Assembly: GCA_051362555.1 (NCBI GenBank)
Contig: CM120641.1
Location: forward strand, 36,772,401 to 36,836,400
Direction of reading: 5' to 3'
DNA: 64,000 bases
DNA from: Lingula anatina
Taxonomy: Eukaryota; Animalia; Brachiopoda
The notes beneath the pieces are model-generated. The model was given only the letters and a program-made list of their open reading frames with translations. It ran no database searches and was not told where the DNA came from. Positions within the stretch are counted from its first letter, which is position 1; each line of letters starts with the position of its first letter. The position numbers and the translations under genes were made by a program. Shown here piece by piece: positions 26,832 to 39,738 of the stretch.

Positions 26832-26943
26832 CTAATAAAATATGAATTGTTACTAAAATTCTTGATAAATAATTTGCTATCCTTATTTTTACATAAAAGA
26901 GTATTTTAAATTATCAAAACAGAAAGGTGTTCACCAGTGCTCA

Positions 26944-27060
26944 CTTTTTTTATTATTATTACCATGATACATGATAATGCGCACAATTTTGGTGTGAAAT
27001 ATTTTTTATTATTATTACCATAATACATGATAATGCTCACAATTTTGGTGTGAAATATTT
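26944..27060. repeat. Two-copy ~56 bp tandem duplication
   Basis: tttttattattattacca..catgataatgc.cacaattttggtgtgaaata repeated twice. Confidence 0.8.
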
Positions 27061-27691
27061 ACAGAAACCTTTAAGCTTGAGGAGTTAAGAAGTAAAAATG
27101 CCATCTGTTGGACATATAAATAGTCTTAATAGTAATGCAGAACATATACCAATAATGACAACACTATACACATATAAACCAAATCTACTTGATTGTACAA
27201 ATATCTTTAATTAAACTTTCTGCTTTCATGCAATATCAGTATACAAATTGTTACTGTCTTCCCTTCATTATTTACAACACAGGGGTAAGATACATTGTGA
27301 ACAAAATGACACCATTTTTAATCTAAAATCAGACCACATGGATGTACACTTTATATAAACAAATATCAAACCAATTTTCTTCTTTCGTCTAAAATATACG
27401 GGAAATTCAAGACAACATTAATCATTGTAAGTCTCGTGGTCTTATTTTCTTAGGATTTTACCTCATGAGATGGTTACAAAATGGTTTTCTTTCTTTGTTA
27501 TAATCTTTTAAAATTGTTGTTTTCAAAATTGATACTATTTGATATGAAAACATATGTTTCTCCTGGTCATGTTAAACTTAATCAAATAACATTTTGAAAT
27601 GTGTTTTTTTCTAAAATTCTAGGATATGGATGACATAATTGATGAATTTTAATATCAAATCAAGTAAGTGTTATTAAACTTCATGAACAAT

Positions 27692-27907
27692 TTAATCAGT
27701 GCATTCATCTTTCTCTTGATCAGAGACGATGATGTAAAAGGCATTGTTTCCATGGTGAGAGGAAATGTGCCTTGTCACATTCTCTTTACGCTTATACACG
27801 CGCTGACACGCAGCGCATTTGTATCGCATCACACTGTGTTGCTCCTGGATATGCCGTCTAAGATGGGATGCTCGCTTGAACATTCTATCGCAGAGACAGC
27901 ATGCATG
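27692..27907 (-). CDS. Alternative terminal exon, 2 C2H2 fingers
   Basis: ttgcag acceptor, HACCLCDRMFKRASHLRRHIQEQH..; selector tgcttacaggtgttcac 28010-28026. Confidence 0.85.
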   Translation of the reverse strand, partial: HACCLCDRMFKRASHLRRHIQEQHSVMRYKCAACQRVYKRKENVTRHISSHHGNNAFYIIVSDQEKDECTD

Positions 27908-28297
27908 CTGCAAACCCAAAAAAGGAGCATCAAAAATGACCAAATATTTATAGTTTTAACTTCTCAAAGAAAAAAAATAATTAAAAAGGATTTCAAGACC
28001 ACTCCTAACTGCTTACAGGTGTTCACCATTTTTGCATTTTATGTCTCAGGACTTCATCTGAAGCACCTTTCCACTAAAATCTCAGAGTTTAAAACAGCTC
28101 AATTATAATTTTTATGACTACTTTTATATAAATATTTTTACCAAAATTATGATTACATTTGCTTAAACAGCAGATGAAATTCCAATCAGAACCCTAGCAA
28201 TAATAGCTATAAGCAGAAACAGGTATTTAATTTGTTCTGTATCTGTGTTTTTTTATCTTGTACAATACAAATATGAAGAGATAGGAAAGCATCCTTT

Positions 28298-28332
<35 letters not shown>

Positions 28333-28480
28333 CATGAGAATTAGAGTGTGAGCACAATGTTTTTCTCGGATTTCTTTTTCCTTATCTTGCAGTTATCAAA
28401 AATATTTAAAATACGTTTGATTAGCTGCTGCAGTCTGTAATTTTTCCTAAATGAATAAATAAAAACTGTCCAGAAATCTG

Positions 28481-28702
28481 TCATTTTTTCTTCCTTGGCT
28501 TAGGAGTTTCATTGCCCTTGCATTTTGAAGATGTTTGATGGAGCCGCAGGTGCTGCAATCTTTTAAATGTTTTTCCACACAAGGTACAAGCGTGCATTTT
28601 CCCCATTGTGTGCTGTTCTCTCATATGCCGTCTGACAGAATCCTTGTTGGTGAACACCCGGTGGGGACAGTAGGGACAATATGTCAGACCTCGATGGTAT
28701 AA
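28481..28702 (-). CDS. Alternative terminal exon, 2 zinc fingers
   Basis: ttacag acceptor, LYHRGLTYCPYC..HMREQH..HACTLC; selector gctcacaggtgt 29000-29011. Confidence 0.8.
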   Translation of the reverse strand, partial: LYHRGLTYCPYCPHRVFTNKDSVRRHMREQHTMGKMHACTLCGKTFKRLQHLRLHQTSSKCKGNETPKPRKKK

Positions 28703-29549
28703 CTGTAATGGTGGATAATTTCGTTGTGTAAAAATACGACAAAAATAGCCTATGCCCAGTGCAACAGGGAAAATAATGAAAACTTTTGAGGGTGCAACTG
28801 TCACATCAGTAACAGAATGTGACTGCAGCTTGAACTCTTGAATTGTTCAATAAATTTTTTTCATTCCGTGTTACATCACCAAAACATCTTTATGAAGCAC
28901 ACACGAAATCATGATCACATATAATGTTCAATTTCAACAGTTACACCCTTTGTCTACAATCATTATTTGGGTCCATTTCAAGGCATTCCATGCAAGCTAG
29001 CTCACAGGTGTACCAAGATCATTGGAGAGGGAGAAAACTAAATGGTATTCATTGATCCATTCGAGTGAGGCAATATATAGTCAGAATTAATATTGTGCAA
29101 ACCTGGATAAAATATTCCAAAACTCTTTTTGCAGCTTGCAATTTGACATTTGATGGAGATCTAGCAAACAAGATTTTAGGAAACTTTGAAAGCTTTTATT
29201 CTATTACAAAGTAAGAAGTATGCCTTTTACAGATAGAAAGGATTGAACAGAAGTACATCAAGCCCAGCATACCAAATCTTTAGAACTTCTTTAAAAAAAA
29301 AAAAAATTAATCAGTGATCATTTTAAACACGAGGTTATTTATTTCTAAGGCCTATTTTAAATACCAGTTATAAACTGTTTTAAAACTCATAATGATTTAA
29401 ACAGCAGATAGACCCTTATTTATATTTTAGAAAATATCAAATACCTAAATAAAAATATTATATTGATTCAAAAAGTGAAAATAAACACAGAATTATTCTA
29501 TACCAATATTCTCTCCATCAGGTCTTTTAAATTTCACTTTCCTCCAGAA

Positions 29550-29780
29550 TTATTTCTCTATAACACAATGTGACTTGTACTGTGGGCCATGTGTATTAGT
29601 AACATGGTAATGTGCGTGTGCTTTTCGTTTGAACTCCTTGCTGCAGATCGTGCAAATAAACCTCCTTCCGCTATGCTGCTCCCTGGCATGTCTCTGGTAA
29701 CCTTGACAACTCATGAAGCTTCTGCCACACAAAACACAGACAAATTCGTTCTTATCTGTTAGAAAATAATGCCCAGACAT
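29550..29780 (-). CDS. Alternative terminal exon, 2 C2H2 fingers
   Basis: ttccag acceptor, MSGHYFLTDKNEFVCVLC..; selector ctgtaggtgct 29939-29949. Confidence 0.85.
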   Translation of the reverse strand: MSGHYFLTDKNEFVCVLCGRSFMSCQGYQRHAREQHSGRRFICTICSKEFKRKAHAHYHVTNTHGPQYKSHCVIEK

Positions 29781-32245
29781 CTGGAAGAACCAGTAAATAA
29801 AGACATTCTCTGAACATTGTCATTTCCCTTTTTTTTTTTGCATCATGTACAAATTTTTAAGGTTATGAAACCAGAAGAATTCAAGATTTTTCCCCAGCAG
29901 TACTGAATAATAACAAGGATGATTAAAAAGATGACAAGCTGTAGGTGCTTCTAAGTGGTTTATCATATACTCAAAGGAATAATAAAAGTCTACACAAAAT
30001 ATCTATAATAGAGCTCTGTCAACCCTTTGATAGTCTGGGGAATAGTGCTTTAAAAAATTTGGAAATCTTATTGATATAAAATTTCTCTATGTACATGTTG
30101 TTTGAGATCATGACATGTCTGATAAATGCCTTTTTACATTAGCCAGTTGTTCTAGAAAATGTTAACAATTTAAACCAAATCAACGAAGTTTTGGTGAAAA
30201 AATAGACCAAAGGCTTAGACATATAATCCAGCTTATTTTCCTTGTTTCTTTTAAATTCAAAATAAAACTGGGGCAGTTATAAGGTAGGTGCAATTCAATC
30301 ATCATTCTGTATTGCCTGTCTGGGATTTGACCACATATGGGCCTCATGAACAATAATTGCCATTTGCGATCACGAGCCTCACGAGTGCAAATGCCCAAAT
30401 GAACAACTCAAATCACAATTTCCTGGCACAAACTTAAAGCTAGTGGCCATCTTTTTACTGCATTGAAATGGAGCTTAGTTGCGAGTCAGAGTAGTAATCT
30501 ATGCATGCTTTCAGGTGGAAGATAGAGCACAGTTTCTTGTCTAAAAAGAGAGATTAAGGTATCAGCCAAAGCTACGATCACTGCCTCACTCAAATTGTTC
30601 ATACTCTGGCTTATGGTTTCACTGCTAGATGTTACGAGTTGTACATGTAAAATACACAAATCACTTCACATGACTTTTCAGGTTGTTCACATTAATGCAG
30701 GTAACAGTCAACTAAACAGAATAGCAGTTGTGGCCATGTCTAGGTTTTAGACACTTCTTTGGTAAGGTTTTCTAGAACCCCAGATGTCAGCCATGATTAT
30801 GCACTCATAATTATTATATCTTCAACTTCTTTCCATTATAACATATGGCTTTAGGTTTAGCCCCCAGTCTTTAAAAAAGAATATTTTTTTCTTTTAACTG
30901 CCTTAATAAATGCTTCTACAGAAACATTTTATAATGAGCTGGATAAATAACTTTTTCCTCTTTAATGCATATAAAACAAACTTTATTTCCTTATTCAAAT
31001 AACAGCAGTGTTAAAACATTTATCAGTGATAATTTTTCTACACAGCTTTTCAGTCTTTATCTTTTCATATAAAAAAAGACATTTCTACAAATAACCCCAT
31101 TTTTCTTATGATCTCCTACAAAAGATGCCTGTACTAGGAAAGTTAATTTTTGTCCACTTCATCTTTTAAACTGATTAATCGAAATAATATCATGTTTCTA
31201 ATTAAGAGAATCCAAAAAATAAAGTTCATGCTTACTCATCTATACTTTATATATGTAGTTGTCTTTCTAGACAACTAGACAAGTAGCTGGTTACCTAGAG
31301 AGGTCACTAAGGAATAATATAAGTTTTTCATACCTCCACTGCATTTTTCACTGTTTTATTATGACATTTAGAGTTAACTACCTCACCACAGAAAGAATAA
31401 CCTAACCTAGAAATGTGAGCTATCTCCTTGAATTTCAGCCAAACAGATTTATCTTAAATACTGCAAATATTGTAAGATCTCTTGTAAGTTAAGTGTAGTG
31501 TAGCAATAGTTGTCTCTAGTACCTGAATTAATGTCGCCTGCTAAATTAAGCCATGTGGGACATGCTGATTGAATACAACCTGTTCAAGGTTTGTGAAATT
31601 TATGGTGCAAGTGATGGGCAAAAATGCTTGCAAAATATCAAAATTGTATATATTTTTTTAAATCATTATAATAATTAGAGAAAATATACAGGAAAAAACG
31701 AATGAACCTGGGATTTGAAAATTGGATTTGTAATATGATTAGTGAAAATTATTAAACACAAGCAGATATATTTTCATACCCTTAGCTTATAGCAAACCTG
31801 GGCGAAGGCCTTCATCAGACATATGATCCAACTACCAAGCTAACAAATATTTTTGCTCTTGGATTTGTATTGATCACTAGTATGCAAGTCCGTGAGACCA
31901 GAAACTGATTCAAGACTATGACCTAAAATCGTGACATGGATTTTTAGAAATAGGTCAAATATTCAGATTTATAAATGGATAAAAAAAAGGGAGTATTTAT
32001 AACATTGAGAATCAGTAATTGTTTTGAACTGCCTGCAAGCCTATGTTCAGCTATGTCAGTATACCCACTGCCTAGTAAAACTAATACCCTCTCCCCCCAC
32101 TTTTTTTTAAATTAGCACAGAAATCTCTGATTTGGTAGTTCACAAAATATATGGCAATCATTTTGTGTTGGTAAGTAAATGAAAGTAAATGAAGCAAGTT
32201 TCACAAACTCCTGTAGTAATTTGGGTCATAATTTGAAGTGAGAGC

Positions 32246-32464
32246 TCAGCAATTCAGTGTAGGTTCCATATGGCTGTATTCTGGGTGATTCTTTGCTATG
32301 TGTTCAAAAGCATAATGCCTTCTCGTAAACATTTTGGTGCACAAAGGACAGCAGTATCTCCTGTTTGTGTGTACCTCACGCACATGCCTCGACACCTCAT
32401 TACGACGATGGAAAACTTTCCTACAGTGAGGACAGGTTCTGTTACTCTCGCTACCTACAGCAAG
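32246..32464 (-). CDS. Alternative terminal exon, 2 C2H2 fingers (not in ORF track)
   Basis: LAVGSESNRTCPHC..RHVREVH..YCCPLC..HIAKNH; selectors aagtgttcactgg 32532-32544 and ggtgttcac 32581-32589. Confidence 0.85.
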   Translation of the reverse strand, partial: LAVGSESNRTCPHCRKVFHRRNEVSRHVREVHTNRRYCCPLCTKMFTRRHYAFEHIAKNHPEYSHMEPTLNC

Positions 32465-33614
32465 CTGAAAAAGGAAATTCCTCCAGTATGATTCAATATA
32501 AAATGAACTCTACAAATTTCCTGTCTAATATAAGTGTTCACTGGGTTGAAAGACATATGATTTTAAATATTTGAGGACTGGGTGTTCACATTTCTTCACT
32601 CAACAATGTGAAAAAGAGTAACATCCACAACTATTACTAGTAATGGTATGAAATTTCCACACAACTTAATATTTTTTATGTATATAGAAACACACAAGGT
32701 ACATCACAACAACTAAATGTTTAATTGTTTCAGTTCAAAGATTTTGCAGAAGTATCATAATTATCCCGACTACTAAACGTGTTATCAATTTTGGGAGTTG
32801 TGAATATCAAAATATTCTTTGACAATTAAACACAAGTATTCTCACAGTATCACTTCTATGCTGTACACTGCAGTACTAGCAATTGTAGAATTAACTGATT
32901 TTGTCTCACTTCATCATAACAAATATCATTAATGGGATTTAAAGAGGATCTTTGATTTTGATCGTGTTATTACTTCCACTTCTCCCCAAATATCATAACT
33001 TAATACCTATATATTATCTCTAATACCCTCACAATACATGATAATCAATTTTTACGTTTATCATTTTGACAGAGGAGAAATAAAAACACCTTTGGAATTT
33101 GGAAAGTTTATTAATTTGTTCTTAAAGTGTAATAACCATATTATATATTCAAATGCCCAAATAAAGACACTGTCACTTCTCATCTTTTCAAGAACAAAAA
33201 CTGATTTTTGTTCCAACTTTTTAAAATTGAACTATATAGAGTATTCAAAATTAACAAACAAATAAAATTGCAAAAGGAGAAACGCAAAACATATAAAATT
33301 ATGCAATAGGTATTCTAGAATATATGAACAATTTAGCATCTGTAACATATATATTTTCGGAAATCCAACTGCTTATCACTAAAGCTTGATACTGCTACCT
33401 GCTCCTGTGAGAAACCGTCATCTACAAAAGATTCCTTGCTTAAAAAAATATGCTAGCTGTATTCATGAAACTGTTTCAATTATAAAAAACCAAAGCATAC
33501 CTAAATATATATATATATAAATAACACCAACAGACCAAAATCATTTGTTTTTAGCACTTGTTTGATCAGAAATGACCAGAGGCCATTGAAAACACTTTGA
33601 CAGCAAACTCCTTT

Positions 33615-33800
33615 TTATTTTTGTTCTTCAGTTTCAGGGGTACACTGATGTACTGCTAAATCCCGCTTAAAAGTTTTTTTGCACACAAGGCACTGATATC
33701 TCCAGTCTTTGTGAATGTCCTTCATGTGCCGTGCCAGGTTACTGCGTCGAATTAACTTCCCACAATGCTTGCAGATTTTCATTTCCTTTGGAACAATGTC
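33615..33800 (-). CDS. Alternative terminal exon, C2H2 finger plus truncated finger
   Basis: poly-T/ccaag acceptor, DIVPKEMKICKHC..HMKDIH..YQCLVC; selector tgctcacaggtttcac 33992-34007. Confidence 0.8.
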   Translation of the reverse strand, partial: DIVPKEMKICKHCGKLIRRSNLARHMKDIHKDWRYQCLVCKKTFKRDLAVHQCTPETEEQK

Positions 33801-34562
33801 CTTGGAAAAAAAAAAAAAAAAAAAGCAAATTTGCTGGATAGTTTCCCAGTCCAAAAATATAAGAAGTGACCACAACATGAGGTTGCAGGGAAACACTTCA
33901 CCACAACAGAGACTTCAAAAAAGTTCCTAGTGCATAAACAAATGAGACAAAAACCACAATTTATGAAATCTGACCTAAAGATGCCTTGAGATGCTCACAG
34001 GTTTCACGTCATATGCAACAACTGACTGAATACATAAGAACACAAGATATCATTCATCAAAGATGGTAATCAGATAAAAATTCATTGTAAAAAATCTTAT
34101 TTTCCATGTTTACCATCCACTACAGGCAATGATCAAGACTCCATTCCCGATTTATCTACATGTTTAAGGAGAAGAGAATGGGATCTATTCAGATTACAAA
34201 AATATAATATTTATAGTTAAGAGAATGGAAAAATTCCTCCTTAAATCTTTGAAATAAGCAAAACAAAATTTATCCACAAAGTAATTAGCGAAAGTCGACC
34301 TAAAATTTTCAAACTTTGTGCCACCTGCTCTCTGAGCTTAAGTAAAAGGTTTCTTTAAGAAACCCTCAAACAGAATCACTGTGGAACGAATCATGGCAAG
34401 TGCCTCATGACCCATGTAAATGCTAACTGCAATGTCAGCACAAATTCAAACAATCAAATCTTTCTAAAAAATATGGACCTCCTGCCTTTCTTTTCAACTA
34501 AGTTTGGCCATCAAAATTAACTTGCAAAGTCTTTACATCAAAAGTCAAATGGGACAATGCCA

Positions 34563-34781
34563 TCATATTGTAACTGGCTCCAAACTCCCTTGAAAATTAC
34601 AGTCTCCATGTATAGCTGCAATATGCTTTTGAGCATAATCTCTCCTCATGAAAAGTTTATCACAAACGGGGCACTGGAACCTTCGTCCACCATGTTTTTC
34701 TTTTATGTGCCTGGATAATTCCGTGGGCCTCTTGAAAGAACGGAGTACTGGGCAGTGTGGGCAGACATTGCGCCCTGATGA
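34563..34781 (-). CDS. Alternative terminal exon, 2 C2H2 fingers (not in ORF track)
   Basis: SSGRNVCPHC..HIKEKHGGRRFQCPVC..HIAAIH; selector tgctcacagatgttca 34905-34920. Confidence 0.85.
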   Translation of the reverse strand, partial: SSGRNVCPHCPVLRSFKRPTELSRHIKEKHGGRRFQCPVCDKLFMRRDYAQKHIAAIHGDCNFQGSLEPVTI

Positions 34782-35095
34782 CTACAAAAATAATCACATA
34801 TGTATGAATCTCACAAACTGTTTTGCTGGGGATATCTACCTAGCTATGTCAATACTATATGTAAGCATATAAAAGCAAAGGAAGTGTCCATCTTTTTGGG
34901 GCACTGCTCACAGATGTTCAGATCCCATTTTGCACACCACTGTTCACATTTCGCAAGGGAGAGGTTATTTGTGTTATCAAAAATCTATAGTTTATGCTCA
35001 AGGTTATTTATTTCTTAAAACATTTTACCAATAATAAAATAAAACAAAAGATGTGTACTACCATGTTATAATGCATCAGACATCATTTTATTTTT

Positions 35096-35341
35096 CTAAC
35101 TATTTAAATCTCTAATTCTATATTCACTATTCTCCTTTGAATATAAGGTAACCTCTACATAGTTCTGTGTTTCACCATGCACTTTAATAGTGTGTTCAGC
35201 AGCCATATTCTTTCTCTTGAATAGCTTAAAACATGTGCAACACTGGTATCGACGGCCCTGGTGCATTTCCATTTGGTGGCGATTACGTTCACAGGAGCTC
35301 TTGAAGGTTTTGCCGCAGTCTGGACACTTGGCTAGCGCCAC
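35096..35341 (-). CDS. Alternative terminal exon, 2 C2H2 fingers
   Basis: ttgtag acceptor, VALAKCPDCGKTF..HQMEMH..YQCCTC; only a weak selector, inside the neighbouring exon's 3' end. Confidence 0.82.
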   Translation of the reverse strand: MALAKCPDCGKTFKSSCERNRHQMEMHQGRRYQCCTCFKLFKRKNMAAEHTIKVHGETQNYVEVTLYSKENSEYRIRDLNS

Positions 35342-35403
35342 CTACAAGTGGAGAGGAAGAGTTCCCACATGATAAACACTTAAGTTGAAGATAATAACAT
35401 ATT

Positions 35404-35631
35404 TCAAGACTGCTCTTCAGTGATCACCACTGTATATGGGCCATGTTCTGAGACATTGTGGGCCTCCTTCAAATGAAGACGCGTTAGATGTTTGCGCTTG
35501 AAAATCTTGCCACAAATTGTGCACTTAAACCTACGGCCCATGTGCTTTTCTCTGACATGGCGAAAGTAGTTGCCTTTGTTGAAGCTCTTTTTACACTCTT
35601 CACAATAGTATATTGAGTCCGTTGTATCAAT
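35404..35631 (-). CDS. Alternative terminal exon, 2 C2H2 fingers (not in ORF track)
   Basis: IDTTDSIYYCEEC..HVREKHMGRRFKCTIC..HLKEAH; selector acaggtcttcactggtgt 35711-35728. Confidence 0.85.
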   Translation of the reverse strand: MDTTDSIYYCEECKKSFNKGNYFRHVREKHMGRRFKCTICGKIFKRKHLTRLHLKEAHNVSEHGPYTVVITEEQS

Positions 35632-35972
35632 CTGAAAGTTGCAAAATCACTAGAGTATCTTAAAATTAATGTTAAAAAAGGAAATGGAAATATGTTAGCA
35701 AACAGCTTCAACAGGTCTTCACTGGTGTTCTTTACCGTATATAGAAAATTCTGCAGGACCCGTCTTACTACTTACTATTACTAGACAGCAACAAAGTTAG
35801 AGCATCTTTTTTAAAATTAATTTGAGCTCATTTTGTAGATATTTAATTTGTAGATTATTTCCATCACTTTTATAAGGTTTCCTGATGTTGGAAATTATGT
35901 TTTTCTACTTTCCCGTTCAAAATCTTACAGAAAAAAGTCAAGGTAATCAAGTGTATATATCCTCTTTTAATA

Positions 35973-36218
35973 TCATGGTGTTTTTTCACTTAATTCTGTT
36001 GAAAATGAATGTTCCTGTCCATTTATAGTTTCTATGAGGTCATCCTCATTTCTACAATGTTCGAGCTGTAAATGTTGTTGTGCTTTATGTTTGCGTTTAA
36101 ATTCAACTTGACACAACAGACATTTGAATCTCCGTCCTAAATGTTTTTCTTTCATATGCCTGCTGTATGACTTCATAGACCAATAACTGCGATTACACTC
36201 CACACAAATATATAGGCT
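35973..36218 (-). CDS. Alternative terminal exon, 2 C2H2 fingers
   Basis: tttcag acceptor, SLYICVECNRS..HMKEKH..FKCLLC; selector caggtattcactgg 36308-36321. Confidence 0.85.
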   Translation of the reverse strand, partial: SLYICVECNRSYWSMKSYSRHMKEKHLGRRFKCLLCQVEFKRKHKAQQHLQLEHCRNEDDLIETINGQEHSFSTELSEKTP

Positions 36219-36913
36219 CTGAAATGTGGAACAATGTGGAATGAAATGTCAAATGGCTAACTAGTCTATCTTGAAATGACACTTAGGAGTATTATAACTA
36301 AATTCTCCAGGTATTCACTGGCCAACTCATTGTCACAGCTTTTGAATTAACCTACTCGTTCTTAAAGGAACTCATGGACACGAGTCAAGGTAGCATACCG
36401 AAATATTCTGACATCTAAAAATGGATTTGTAATGTCAAAACAAATACTATTCAGTTCATTTTCACCCATCATTCACCAATTTGGCCAAATGGTTATATAT
36501 ACAACTCAAACAAAATGTATGCTAGTACAAACCCAAACTTAAAATCCATGGTATCTTAAAACTTCCATGATTCCAACCAAAGTAAAACAAAAAATATTTA
36601 ACTGGCTTTATTAAATTATCATTTTTATTACCATGTTATTGGGTTTTATGAAAGTAAAAGTTACATATGATATAAGTATTAATAATAAAACTGAAGAAAG
36701 CTGTAAAGTACTGTATATCAATGTACCTAAATTCTGTCCACAACAAATCTGTCAATCTATTTAAATACAATGAAAATACCACATTTTTACATTTCCAAAT
36801 TATTCAGGCTAAACAGTAGAACGTGGAAAATTTAAAACTTAACAACTTAAAGGAAGTTTAGTAATGTACACACACTATTCTTATCAAGTCATATCTCAAA
36901 AGCAAGGGGATTT

Positions 36914-37180
36914 TCAGTCATAAAATTCTGTAGCAGTCTTGAGCACATCACAATGCTCCCAGACATCATTGTATTGCCTTATATAAATCTTATGCCTGCT
37001 CTGCAAGTGTCTTTCCACGTATTCCAACCTTTTGAACATACGGTTGCAGTGAGAGCACGAGAACCTGCGTCCCATGTGGACTTCTCGTATGTGGCGCACT
37101 TTTGCAGTTGCTGAGAGAAATACCTTTGGGCATTTTGAACACTGGTGGGCTGTTGTCCTCCGTGGTTTTAATGCAAGGGT
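36914..37180 (-). CDS. Alternative terminal exon, 2 C2H2 fingers
   Basis: tttcag acceptor, TLALKPRRTTAHQCSKC..HIREVH..FSCSHC; selector tcacaggtgttca 37403-37415. Confidence 0.85.
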   Translation of the reverse strand, partial: TLALKPRRTTAHQCSKCPKVFLSATAKVRHIREVHMGRRFSCSHCNRMFKRLEYVERHLQSRHKIYIRQYNDVWEHCDVLKTATEFYD

Positions 37181-38311
37181 CTGAAAGTCATTTTGCAAAT
37201 AGTTTCTTTAACTTGTATGCAACTCCTGTTTATATGATCACATCTCGGTTTCTTTCTAAATACCCACTTATCATGAAAATCATGTTTAAAGACTACATGT
37301 AGGTCAACTGATCTGGTTAATATCAGAGAAAAACTGACAAGAAGTTGATCCTGGCTTATAGTTACCCTAGGTAGGCGTTCCATTGAAATATGTTAACTCG
37401 TGTCACAGGTGTTCAAGGTCAAACTGACTTAACAGAACACACTTATTTTTAAAATTAAGTAAAGAAACAAAGAATACAAAAACCAAGCTCTTTGAGTTCC
37501 TTTTTTTTTTTCACAAAACAAAACAAAGCAGTGTATTATTGATTGCACATCATCTTAACATCACACATGCACATACTAGCACGCACAAACATTCTAAACT
37601 TAATAACACAAAAACAGAAGATAGTTTTACTTAAACATCAGAAACGTAACACACAAAATAACACTGCCCTAAAATGGACATACAAATAACATGAGCACCA
37701 CTGTATGTTTATTGCAGCTTTTACATTAAACATTACAGAACACAAACCTTTTTGTAGAATCTGGACAACAAGGATTTAATATCTAATAGCTATGCAAAAA
37801 CACACATATATTATAACAGGCAATTTTTTAAAAGATTAACCTGAACTTTTGTAAACAATGTTCATAAAGCTTTTCAATATTTAATCTCGGAGTAACAAAA
37901 GTTTAGAAGTGTCAAAAAAACTTATAACTCATGTCACATAATATTAAGTCCACTAATTATATTGGAAATATTCTATCAATGTTTAACCAAATTCATCTTC
38001 AAATAGATTGTTTCGATTCAGAATACCTGTATTTAGAGGAGATGGACATATTTTTTTAATGCCAGATCTACTGTTAGGCTGACCCCAAGTAGGGGATTCA
38101 TACCTAGGTCTGCATATGCTTATCTTTAAAAATGATCAAACATGAATAAATATTTCTAGTAACCTACAATGAGCCTTCTTGTAGTGAGCCAAATATGAAA
38201 ACTTTTGGATTTTTCTCAGTGCTCCTATTTGTGTTTTTTCTCACAGGGTTGAAAACTGCCTTCAATGTCTTTGTCACCACCAGTTTTTTACCATAAAATA
38301 TGACAGATGTA

Positions 38312-38578
38312 TCATCTTATTGTCTGCTGCTGGGGGGCATCTGGTACAGTGTATTCAAGACTGGTATGTTCTAATGCCTGTCTGGCTGTCACTTTAATAG
38401 AATGACAACGTTCCAAATGCTTCACAAAATATTCTAATCTGGTTAATTTTTCACTGCAATGCCTACAGCTAAAACGCTGCTTGAGGTGAACTTCTCGATT
38501 GTGCCGCCTCAGGGCATGCTGATAGGAAAATGTCTTCTGACAAGTTGTACATTTATAAGTTCCTCTGTCATTGAATCT
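38312..38578 (-). CDS. Alternative terminal exon, 2 C2H2 fingers (not in ORF track)
   Basis: RFNDRGTYKCTTC..HNREVHLKQRFSCRHC..HLERCH; selector tagtgttcacaggt 38758-38771. Confidence 0.85.
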   Translation of the reverse strand, partial: RFNDRGTYKCTTCQKTFSYQHALRRHNREVHLKQRFSCRHCSEKLTRLEYFVKHLERCHSIKVTARQALEHTSLEYTVPDAPQQQTIR

Positions 38579-38809
38579 CTACAAAATAAAATTGAACATG
38601 TTGGATGCTGACTTGCTGAGGAACCAGTGGTTGTTCATTTTATCTCAAACAGTGCAGGTCTTAACAGAAACTCAAATACGTTTCTAAAATGGTTGCAAAG
38701 AAGTGCTGGCTGCATTTCAAATTAAGTAGCCCTTCAGTTTAATCACAAGGTATTCCATAGTGTTCACAGGTTGTGTTTTGATAAAAGCTGTCACTGACAC
38801 TGTATATTC

Positions 38810-39017
38810 TAAAGAACTTTTTGAAAGCTACTGTGCCAAGCACTGTGCCATGATGGTGCTTTTTCAAGTGTTCACAAAATGTATAAGTTTGGTGTGCATT
38901 ACTGCAAGTGAATCTCAATTACGGTACTTCAAAGCTTTTTGGAAGGAGGATTCTACACAATGAAATGAAGTTTCTTCAAATATCTTTATTAACTGAATGC
39001 AAGCCTTTACTGGCCAT
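38810..39017 (-). pseudogene. Probable degenerate zinc-finger pseudo-exon
   Basis: atacag acceptor gives MASKGLHSVNKDI*; downstream remnant LRFTCSNAHQTYTFCEHLKKHH resembles the second finger of the flanking exons. Confidence 0.45.
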
Positions 39018-39269
39018 CTGTATAGGGGGTTTGAATTTGGTATATCTCTCTTTCTTTAAAAGAAATTTAAAAGAAAATATAAATTTAAATTGCAGAAATG
39101 TATCACTACCAAGGGGTACTTAAGCAATCCACTCTGACACAAAGGTGCACGAAGAGATGAATTCCACAAATTAGTATGCAGAAGAGATGTTCCTGATAAG
39201 CTTTGCCATTACCAATGACAAAAACCCCCATGACTGATTATCTGTATTTCTCAGTGGTACACATATATT

Positions 39270-39512
39270 CTAGGTTGTACCTTCTCCCAAAATCACAACC
39301 TCCATATGATTTAGTGCCTCCTTGTAGTTGTGCACCTGGATTCCATGTTGCACTTTCAGGTGCTTGTAGAAATACTCTGGCCTTGTCTGCAGCTGATCGC
39401 AATACAGGCACTGAAATCTCCGCCCCAAATGCACCTCTCTGTTATGCCTCCGCAAAGCATCGGAGTTAAAAGTTTTGTTGCAGATTTTACAAGGAAGCCG
39501 TTGCTGCTGTCC
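39270..39512 (-). CDS. Alternative terminal exon, 2 C2H2 fingers
   Basis: GQQQRLPCKIC..HNREVHLGRRFQCLYC; selector tcacaggtattcaatggttgtcac 39681-39704. Confidence 0.85.
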   Translation of the reverse strand, partial: GQQQRLPCKICNKTFNSDALRRHNREVHLGRRFQCLYCDQLQTRPEYFYKHLKVQHGIQVHNYKEALNHMEVVILGEGTT

Positions 39513-39738
39513 CTGCATGTGTACAAAGTATAGAAGACTTCATTACTTGGAAAACAAGTTCACACACGAGGATCGTACATGCTTATGCAGATCCCAGGAA
39601 GTAGATTTGAACTCAAAATGAGAAACTCAAGAAGTAGAAAAAAGTTATGAACACAGACATAACTATCAATAGTCATATTGTCACAGGTATTCAATGGTTG
39701 TCACTTTTATATATGAAAATAAAAATAACTTAAAAAAA

